From Eledone cirrhosa (taxonomy: Eukaryota), in contig OZ024754.1 of NCBI GenBank assembly GCA_964016885.1, forward strand, positions 21,700,001 through 21,764,000: 64,000 nt of DNA. The letters run 5' to 3'. The translations under genes were made by a program, and so were the position numbers. The notes beneath the pieces were generated by a model. That model ran no database searches. It was given only the letters and a program-made list of their open reading frames with translations, and had not been told where the DNA came from. Below are positions 54,218-64,000 of this stretch, in pieces. Numbering within the stretch: the first letter of the stretch is position 1; each line of letters starts with the position of its first letter.

Positions 54218-55361
54218 GTAAACATTTATATCATCATCATCATTTAACATGAGTTTTCCTTATTAGCAAGGGTTGGATAGGTTGTCACGGACCAAGCCAG
54301 TACTTAATTGAAGCCACTATTCACATAAAAGTAAAACATCTAATCAAAAGTTCTTAAAAGTATACAAAAAAAAAAAAAAAAATGAAGTTTTAGTAAGTAG
54401 GAAAGAAGACATGATCCTGATTCCATCATGGAAATGTCCATGCTAAATATGCAGAAAAGGAGTAGGTAGGAATTCTATATTGTATACCCAGTGTAAAATA
54501 TGAGTACATAAGAGGTGCAAGCTTCATATGAAGCAGAGGAGCAGTAAACACTAAGAACACGCACGAAGTAGGCTCTATTAAATACTCATATGACTCTATA
54601 GAAGTACTTGACAGTGAGACATAGACCTTGAATTTAGAGGATTTATGAAGACTAGAATAAAAAATGACATGAGCATGCTTCGATGGTAATGTTAGTCTTT
54701 CCTACATTATGGCCTGCAAGTCTATTACTATAAACAGAAGGGGGCTAAAAACTGAGCATTGGTGACTAAATTCATCAGTGTACACCTTACTAACTGCATT
54801 CTTGTAAGTAGCTTGCATGGCACTCACAAGCCATTCATTGACTAGTTTCCTGAGTGCCCATCAAATTACAGAGCATAGTACCCTGGCACATAACCAAATT
54901 GCTTCTCATCTAGGTTAATTCTGTCTCTAATTAGTTACACTAACTTTTAGTAGACTTCATGATACCAATTTGATACCTGTATAGTTTCTTCTCTCTAATG
55001 CATCTCCTTTGCATTTGAAGATACTGTGCACAACCTTACCATGTCAGATATTTTCAGCGTCTCAGCAGCAGCTATACCTAACAATTAGCTGCCTTCATAT
55101 CTCTTTTGTGCAAAAATTGACTCTTGAGTTATTGCTTTACAAAGTTTACATCTACCCAGTCTATCTATTAGTGAGGATGTGTAACCTTCTGGTGAAGGTG
55201 TTGGACTCATAAGGTTGTGGGTGCAATTCCTCGATCGGGCAGCACATTATTCTTGAGCAAGTCTTCATTCCATTTCTTCCATATCTCTATTGTTGATGTT
55301 AACCTAACATTTTCAATGGATTTAAAAAAAAAAAAAAATGTTTATTTGTTTGTCTTTTCAG

Positions 55362-55478
55362 CCTGGTTTGATAGGTTTAGTGGATTATCCAGATGAAGAT
55401 TCTGATGAAGAAGAGGAGGAAGAGGAAGAGGCAGAAGTGACTGCACCATCATCTAAGCGGCCACGATTGGCTACTTAA
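55362..55478 (+). CDS. PPP4R3: PPP4R3 terminal coding exon
   Basis: ttcag|PGLIGLVDYPDEDSDEEEEEEEEAEVTAPSSKRPRLAT*; conserved GLVDYPD and basic NLS-like end. Confidence 0.95.
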   Translation, partial: PGLIGLVDYPDEDSDEEEEEEEEAEVTAPSSKRPRLAT

Positions 55479-56017
55479 AAAAAAAACAAAAAAAAAAAAA
55501 CAAGGGAATTTTGGCTGGTATTTGCTGTGTATCTGACTGTTGGCTGGAGTGGATAAAAATGAACATTATTATGGTAAAGAAAGATGGATGGCAGTAAAAG
55601 AAAACATTGTTTCTATGGACCAGCAGATATTTCCAAGTCAGTTAAATATATTTTAACTGGCTCTGGTAGTAAAGAAAGTATCTCAATGCAGCAATTAGCA
55701 TTCCGCATTCTAACTTCATTGATGTCAACCCTACAACAACAACAACAACAACATCCAAATACCCCCCCCCCCCCCTCATTGCACACATCTTTCTAGTTCA
55801 TCACTGATCAATTGGTAGCCACTGTCAAATGGGACTGTATCCTCAAAACGAGAGATATTCAATATAGAAATATTTCATTTTTCATTTGTTTTAAATTAAA
55901 ATTTTCAGTGGGGTGGGGTGGGGTGGGGGCATAAAAGTAAAATACAAACAAACAAAAAAAAAAAACAAAAGCAGTTCTTAAATTGGACTTCTTCTGCTAG
56001 AGGTTTTTTGCATTTAA

Positions 56018-56268
56018 CCCTTTCGCTACCATATTTCAAATGAAAGACATTGCCTATAATTTTCAAATAATTTTGAAAATAGGAATTTGGAGGGATTTAG
56101 CAATGTAACTAACCTTCTCATTATTAAGCTGGTGTTTGGAACATAAAAGTTCTTACCTAAAATTATGATGGGAGAGTGTTTTTGTTTTAGATATAAGCAT
56201 TTTGAAATAAACAGCTTTATATTGTAGAACCAGGGACAGTTTCAGGCAGTTTGGTATCAAAAATGGGG
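56018..56268. mobile_element. Old TTAA-flanked (piggyBac-like) MITE of an abundant family (related copies at ~36290-36530, ~44500-44730, ~47445-47667, ~60440-60675 and ~61226-61452)
   Basis: TTAA|CCCTTTCGCTACCATATTTC...GGCAGTTTGGTATCAAAA..GGG; shared core CTAACTTTCTCATTATTAAGCTGGTGTTTGGAACA. Confidence 0.65.
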
Positions 56269-59200
56269 TTTAAAGTTCAGTTAATTTTCCTCCTAATCAT
56301 AAAAATTCTAGAACAGAAAGAATGAGGTATATGATTTAGGATATATATTTCATGTTCAAAGGGGTTTAGTTACTTTCATTTAGCACATACAGACACATAT
56401 ATAACATATATATGTGTGTGTGTTTGTATGTTATGCTCTTGGTGTTGTACTGCTACTTCAATAAAGAGACTTCTATAGTCTTACTGGTTTGACAGTAATA
56501 CAATGGCCACCTCTACAAAACCATTCTGGCTTTAAATTCTACATTGAACAATAATTAAAATATATATATATATGTAACTTCTATAGGCGCAGCTGCATTT
56601 ATTCTAACATTAAAAAAAAAAGGCAGCAAATATTGGGGGTACTGTTCAGTTTGTACCAAAGGCAAGTCAAATTATGAACAATTTTGACAGAAACACGAGG
56701 TCAATCACTGGCTAGTTATTGTTTACATACAATCTCATTTCATTCAAAACATAGAACATTTTTTTAAATCTTCAAAGAAAAACAAGAAAAGGAAAAGAAA
56801 AAAAAAACACCTTTAAACAAACAAAAATATAACAACAAAAAAATGGTATAAAAGATGATTTTTGTTGTACATTAAATTTCTGTATGATAAATTAAAAAAT
56901 AATTTTGGGTCATGCTTTCTACATAGTATGTTGGCCCATAGTAGACTGTACTGTGTAAGTATTGTTAATAAAATGTGTTAATTGTGTATTGAAAAACCAT
57001 TTCTGGAATTTTAGCCCCAATTTTTCATCCATTATAAATATAAATTCACTAAAAAGTTTCCTTCACCACATTCATTGCAGATGTACCTATGTAGTTTTGT
57101 TCTGCCACAGAGTGCAAGACTTTTCAATGTATAAGAGGCAGGGCATGCAAGTACTATATGAGTGGAGTCAGCATTCAGTCATGGCTGGACATTCCTTCTG
57201 CTTTGGTCTGCTTGATGGACAGAAAAAAAAATATAAATGGGAAAACAAGGATGGCATTAAGAGAGACCCCCTCCCCCCTCCCCATCTGACCTGAGGAAAT
57301 GTATATATTTTTGATACAGTTTGGAAGAAAAAAAAAAAGAACCCCTTTCCCCTCACAAAAGATAGGCTATTGAGTGAGCCCAAACATTTAGATCTTGCTT
57401 TAGCAAGATATGTCAGATCTATTAGTAAAAAGAGAATTTGTATCTTGTAATCCTACTGTTGTTAATAAATGCCATGATATAAACAAATTAACTTGACTGA
57501 ACATTTGTCTGCTTCTATTATGTAGTCAGTCAAAAAGTTCTGGTTGAAGGGCAAAACAGTGCAACCAGTTAAAAACATTTAATTTTATATTCTCCATGAA
57601 TGAATCCCACTCCAAACACATTTGTCTCTCCTTGTTTCTTCTGCAGGGAATTATTTCTGGAAGTTTCTTTTTTAATTTACTGCTTTAATTAATTACAATT
57701 TAATTATTTTATATTGATTATGTAAATCAGAATTTTTAATTAGTTTTGCTCTTTAGTAAAATTTCTTGCACTATGGTAGCAGTTGAAAAGTAAGTTTGTT
57801 TTTAGAATTCTTCATTTTGTAGAATTCCTTTAGATAGTTTAGTACTTTTGTTTGGTTTAAATTATCAGTAATATATTGAGGATAAATACTTTTCTTCAAC
57901 GAAGATTGTTATAATTACAAAATTCATTAAACTATCATCACCGTAGAGTGAAAACATTTTAAAAAAATTACTTTTATTATTTACTTTATAAGTTTCAGAC
58001 AAAATATCTTTGAGGCATTTGTTTTGACTCTCTACATTCTAAGGTTAACTTTGCCTTACAACCTTTCTAGGGGTAAAAAAATAAAGTACCAGTCAAGTAC
58101 TGGGGTCGTTTTAATCGATTTTCCTCTACTCCCAAATTGCTGGCCTTGTGCCTAAATTAGAAACCATTATATATATTCTACAGTTCCCTTTGTCTAGTTT
58201 ATATATTTATTTATTTTTGTCTTTAAAAAATGAAGTTATTCTATCAGCTGTGTTTGATATATTTTCAAGAAAATGTTATTTGCTTCAGTAAATTTTTGTA
58301 GAATTCCATCTGGTTTTATGAATATCAGCAGAAACTGAACACCAAAATATCATCAGTGTTGTTGCTAATTCATTTGATAAAGTAGTAGTGTTAGAATCTA
58401 CAATGCTTAAGACATTTCATATAGATCAATTGCTTTCAATGGATATTATATATTTTGCTTACTTAAGGAAGCAATATTTTGTTTGAAAGTAAATTACAAA
58501 TAAAATTAATGGGTAAAGAAAAAAGTGAAAAGTAATTAATTGTATATAGCAGCAATGGTGAGGGCATTATTATACATTGTATAGAGATATTACCTGAAAC
58601 AGTTACTTGGTTAAGCATAGGAAACAGCTCTGTAAAATATTTCAGAATAATTTCTATAAAGCTAAAGATTTCAACTCTGTGACTATGTGGTGGCAGGAAG
58701 ATGAGAATCACAGCAAAAGAAAAAAAAAAAAATTCAAGGATGAAAATCTCATTGTTACTCATTTTGGATGTGTAATTTTCTTTTGTTTTTCAGCTGAAAA
58801 GCAACTTTTCTCATATATTGTAACCAAATTTTTGTATTCAGAATTCTAATCTCCGATGTGAATGCATATTTCCTATGTTTTGAAGTAAGTTGCTAATGTA
58901 AATAAAGATGTTGCCTTGACAGCAGGAGACATCAGCCAAATATTGGGGTGTCTTTTCAGTATAGAGCTACTCTTAAAGTTAATTTAAATCTTATTAAATT
59001 GGTCAGTGAGATAACGTGTCATTAACAATCACTAGGGTATGTAGCCCTACTCATTTTTTGAAGAAGGAATGTGCAAAGAGTAAATGCTGCTCTTTCTTCA
59101 GTGTATTTTAATCAACAGAAGTTTTATGTACTTGCCTTCACTTTCAGAGTGGTTGTCTTAAAAGAAATATACACTCCTTGGATATTTCTGACATAATTCT

Positions 59201-59626
59201 TACACATTACATGAGATTCGTAATAGTTTTGAAATTTTACAGCCAAAATATTCAAACATGGCTGGCTCTCTACAAAAAAAGAAAACATAGAAAACTGAAA
59301 TATTTATTTTCTTTTAGAAATTTCAAATTATTTTATCAATTTTCAAAACTCTGTACATTACATAAAGTTTTTGATTATTATATATATATAGTCAGAGCAT
59401 GAATTTTGACTGGTCACTTCAGACTCTCCTCATGTGGGCTCAATAATACATGAATATCTATATATATATATATTCAGTTGCTTCTAGTTTGAAAATGACT
59501 GACCATTTAGGTTGACGACACCTGAGGTCAAGGCACAACAGCTGGGTGAAATACAAGGAATTTTGCTTGCTTTTTTCCGTCCTCCCTACTTACGTTTTTT
59601 TTTTTTTTTTGTTTTTTTTACATTTT

Positions 59627-60022
59627 TTATTTCAATTTTTCTAAAATTTGCTCAACCATATCAAGTAGGTCATCTTTTTTCATGGAATAGTTACTATCTT
59701 TCCAAATACATTTCAATTTGGAAATAATTTTCTGAAAAAGCGAGCCTTTTGGAACATTTCGCGCTAACAAATCGTGTCCAGAAATTGGAAACTTTGGTGG
59801 TTCCCACTGTTGAAAAGTCTTTAATAGATCTTCATTACCATTATACTTCAGTAGTTCTGTGATGTATAATTTGATATTGTGTTCTTTTCTGTCCATTAAT
59901 AGCTGTTGACAATAGCTGAAGACATCATCTGTATTTCTCAGTTGATCTCGTTGCTGGATAATGAAGAAACCTTGGCGAAGTTCATCAGTAGAGATTTTTA
60001 CACGACTTTGGAAATTCATGAG
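59627..60022 (-). CDS. TRNT1: CCA tRNA nucleotidyltransferase 1, terminal exon
   Basis: tacag|LMNFQSRVKIS...ELLKYNG...QQWEPPKFPISGHDL...WKDSNYSMKKDDLL...*; 396 nt. Confidence 0.92.
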   Translation of the reverse strand, partial: LMNFQSRVKISTDELRQGFFIIQQRDQLRNTDDVFSYCQQLLMDRKEHNIKLYITELLKYNGNEDLLKTFQQWEPPKFPISGHDLLARNVPKGSLFQKIISKLKCIWKDSNYSMKKDDLLDMVEQILEKLK

Positions 60023-62205
60023 CTGTAATGAGAGATTTGTTCAGTTTCAAATGAATATGTTGAGAACAAGAGGTGAACGGAAATATTTACATTATTGAAA
60101 CCTCTTAATTCTTAACCCTTTCCTTGCTGATTATTTGAAACATATAACCAGTGTCATCATCATCACTCTATATTTTCACGGTAAAGGCTTTATCTCACAT
60201 AATATTGAAGCTATGAGATTTTGATATTATTTATTTTGAGAACAATACTTTAACATCAGTATGAGTGGCCGATTACAAACGGTTTGAACAGAAAGATGAG
60301 AGAATTATGGCTGGTTTAAATGTTAAAGGTTTAATGTCTGTTCTCTCTGTTAGCAATGATTTGACAAAAAATCCTCACCTGGACCACAATCTTTTATCCG
60401 ACCCTTGTTAGTAGGGAGAATGGGCGTTAAATGATGACTTCTAATGAAAGACACTACCTATGGTTATCAAATAATTGTGAAAATAAGAATTTGGAGGGAT
60501 TTAGCAATATAACTACTTTTTTCATTAATAATTTGTTGATTGGAGCTTAATTTAATAAAAGGTCTTACATAAAATTATAATGGAAAGTTTTTAGATAAAT
60601 ATAAACAACTTAATATAAGTAATTTTGTATTGTAGAAACAAGGCTGGTTTCATACAGTTAGGTATCAAATGGGATAATGTCCTGTACTGTATTAGCAAGA
60701 CATTCTTAGTACAAACAGCACAATGACTCTCTTTAATTTACTGCAAATTTTCATGATATGTCCACTAGTAAAGACACTATAATTATTTGAATTAACAAAC
60801 TTTTCACCCATATATACTTTTTGTGTTTTATATTCTGTAAATCTTTCATCAAAATTGATAATCCTTGAGCTGTAGAATGTTAGTCTACAATCATAAAGTC
60901 ATGGGTTTGATTCCTGAACTGGCCTGTTGTGTTCATTTCATGTTGCGACTGGGATTTCTATCATTAAAACACCTGAGAAACTTCGTATGAAATGCAATGT
61001 TGCAGGAGTCCAGCTAAATCTGCATAGGTGTAAGTTTCATTTTATTTTTGTGTCAGAAGTCCAGGTGTGAGGACTAGACTACATCTCACACTCATGTTGT
61101 AAATATATAGTTAATTCCATGATCAGAAACAGCAGCAGTGATAGGTGATCAATCAATGTGAATAATGAGTATAGTATATATATATATATAGCTCCTGTGT
61201 ATTGCTATTTCTAAAAGTTCAGTTTAACACTTCTGTTACTATATTTCTAATGAAAATTATTGTCTAACATATTCAAATATGATCATCAGTTTGGAAGGAT
61301 TTAGTAATATAACTAACTTCCTCATTATTAAATTGTTTAGAACATATCAAAGATTCTTACAATTATAATGGAAGTTTTTAGATAAATATAAATACTTCAA
61401 AACAAACAGTTTTGCATCATAGAATTAAGGGGTGTTTGATATTAAGAGTTAAACTGTCATATTGTATCTCTGACATTAGTGGTAACCATATCAACAGTAG
61501 TGGGTAAAACTAACTGATATAATATTTATTGTACATGGTTGCCATAACAAAGTGAGTAAAACTAACTTGCTCCAGCAGACCACTTTATTAAAAATCACAT
61601 TTGTAGTTTGTCTTTTTCAAGTTAAACTACATTTCATCTAGGTTAAATATATTCTGACTTTGTGCGAGGTAGAAGTATCACTGATGCTCTCTTCCTTGCA
61701 AGCAACTGCAACTGCAGAAGTAGGCCTTTGTACCTAGCATTTGTTGACCTGGAGAAAGCTTTTGATAGGTTATCTTGCTCCATAATGTAGGGGTAGATGG
61801 CTTGTTCAGAGGTGCAGGTGAGGCTCCACCGGGGCTCGGGGCCCCCTTTTCTTTATTATAGTTTTCCAGGCTATAATGGAGGAGTTAAATGATAGGCTTT
61901 CCCAGTCCTATCTTTGTGGACTTAAATAAATGATACTTATATAAAGTTAAGTCTCTAGGAAATTATATATATATTTATATATACACACACATTAATTAAA
62001 GTTTTGTGCATTTTTGAATGGTTAAAATGACTGCCACAATATAAATAGCTTTAGTTTCAACACAGTCTCAGATCAAGTCACTTGCCAGACATGTACAACT
62101 CTGAAATAATTAATAATTTTAGTAAATGGCTCAAAATGTTTCATTAATTAATTGAAATAAGGTAATGAAAAGTTTAAATAGAATATCTTGTTTAATGTAG
62201 CCTAC

Positions 62206-62318
62206 CTCTTTGTTAGTTTGTAACAGTGCAGTAATTAAAGTTATTGGTAATGGAGACAGATGCTGGTAGTTATCACAGACTTTCTGGAATTCTTCCACGT
62301 TACTTGTCTTTGGTAATC
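62206..62318 (-). CDS. TRNT1: TRNT1 penultimate exon
   Basis: ctcag|(G)LPKTSNVEEFQKVCDNYQHLSPLPITLITALLQTNKE|gtagg; 113 nt, phase 1-0. Confidence 0.9.
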
Positions 62319-63183
62319 CTGAGAGAGGAAATATTTAACTTAAAAAAGGAAAAGGTTTTGACGTAAATTTGAATTTTATTATTTGTGTTTATCTCTGTCC
62401 TTCATTTTTGAAATTGTAAGGAAATATAACCTCTGTTGTACTGGTACCACGATAAAGTACATCTAATAAAATGATTGGTGTAAGGAAAGGTATCCAACCA
62501 TAGGGTTGAAAGAACCCTTTAGTAGTGTCATGGACATGACAACTTCTCTAGTGCTGGTTCTACATTAAAATGTACTCAGTACACCCTGTAAAGTAGTTGG
62601 TGTTAGGAAGAGCACCCAGCTCCTGTAGAAACCATGTCAAAACCAGAACGTAAGTAAAGCATGATGTTCAACTTATCTGAGAGTAAAATAACTGATTAAC
62701 GCTTTAGCATTTATATTACTCTATATTTACTAATATATTTTCATGGTAAACATTTTATCTCACATAATATCGAATGAGATTTTTTTTATTTTGAGCACAA
62801 TACCTTAACATCAGTATGAGCGGCCAGTTTGAAGAAAAAGAGGTGAGAGAATTCTGGCCAGATATGGCTGATTTAAATGCTAAAGGGTTAAACACTTCCT
62901 GGGTTTGTGACAACTTATATTGAGAAAAAAACAGGTGTTAAATGACGATCATAACGTGGAACATTAAAAAGCTGTACTGCATGAAAATACAGTATCAGAG
63001 CACTCTTGAAACTATGAACTTTCTAATGGATTAGCCAGGATATTTTGAGACAATGTTTTACAGCTGGAGACCTCTGCTGGTGCACATTTTTTTAGTCACC
63101 TTTTATAACACGGAGGGGATATAGTGTACTTATTCTAAAAACAAGGATATGACTAACTAAAAGAAAAGTTAAATGAAACTTAC

Positions 63184-63291
63184 CGATGTAACAATGGACA
63201 CCTAGTTGTACAAGTGTAAACATAATATCTGAGGCAAGGGGACTGCTCACAATCTTCTTCAACTCCTGCCAGATACGTTCACCAGAAATAT
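63184..63291 (-). CDS. TRNT1: TRNT1 internal exon
   Basis: gacag|xISGERIWQELKKIVSSPLASDIMFTLVQLGVHCYI-G|gtaagt; ERIW.EL.K motif; 108 nt, phase 1-1. Confidence 0.92.
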
Positions 63292-64000
63292 CTGTCAAAT
63301 AACAATGTTGAACCTACCATGATGTCTTAGATGGGGGTATATAACAATGTTTTACACTTTCATTTCTCACAAACACACATTATTCCACACATTCACACCT
63401 CATTTTACACTTTCATTCTTCACACAGAAACACCACCATTTTATATTTGCTCTCCATATTAGCATATGTCATCATGGTTTCAGTTAGCTATTATACAAAG
63501 TTGCTATACTGCCGGATGGGTTATAGAACTATTTGGCATGGTTTCTAATGCTGGTTGTTCTTACACCAATTGTAGCAATTATTTTACTTTCCCTCCCATC
63601 ATGCTCTAGTATTGCCTTATTTACATTATTCTGTGTTGAATTTCTAAGCCAGTGGTAGCAGTGACTCAAATGAGTTACTGGACATTAATTTATCCCTTTC
63701 ATTAACATATTCTTAATGAAAGACACTGCCTCTGATTTTCAAATTATTTTGGAAATATTTAGTAAACTTTCTTATGTTGGTGGTTGGAACATTACTTAAA
63801 AGGATCTCAGACAGAATTAAACTCAAATAGTTTCACACCCTAGAGGAGGTTTCCAATTGAATACTACTTTTGGCCAGAAACAGCCTAATATTATATAAAT
63901 AAGAAACTTACTAGATAGACCGTGAGTGTTGTCCTTAAGAACCTGCAAAGTATCTGGATTGTGTTGACTGGATGAAGTAGCAATTTTGCCCCAAAACCTG

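Noticed and set aside
54760-55080. Extra coding exon in the last PPP4R3 intron (also 61680-61900 in TRNT1)
   Set aside because: Highly decayed RTE RT fragments ([14 protein letters not shown] remnants); the flanking exon phases already join without them

Overview
Eukaryotic (metazoan) genomic DNA, AT-rich. The SINE repertoire and giant TA arrays suggest a cephalopod such as Octopus; this is inference. Bases 1-29665 hold no recognisable host exon. They are a pile-up of retroelements embedded in kb-long (TA)n/(TATG)n microsatellites: several RTE-clade LINEs (one with an uninterrupted 1039-aa APE-RT ORF carrying a PHD finger), a CR1-group LINE, a Penelope-like element with a GIY-YIG remnant and two intact-looking hammerhead ribozymes, tRNA-CORE SINEs, a 13x95-bp tandem array and a perfect 144-bp palindrome. 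This block is probably one >29-kb intron of PPP4R3/SMEK. The last 13 coding exons of PPP4R3 lie on + at 29666-55478, with all splice phases consistent. The last 3 exons of TRNT1 (CCA-adding enzyme) converge on - at 59627-63291. Introns contain SINEs, piggyBac and pogo-like MITEs, a decayed piggyBac, a Helitron and long inverted repeats. Most notable: a covarying ladder of stacked H-type pseudoknots and hairpins in the 3' tail shared by two RTE families and a SINE; the monomer array 5' of the intact RTE; the PLE hammerheads; and a candidate 69-nt cassette/poison exon in PPP4R3. The long Y/I/M/C/V ORFs in the track are microsatellite artefacts.
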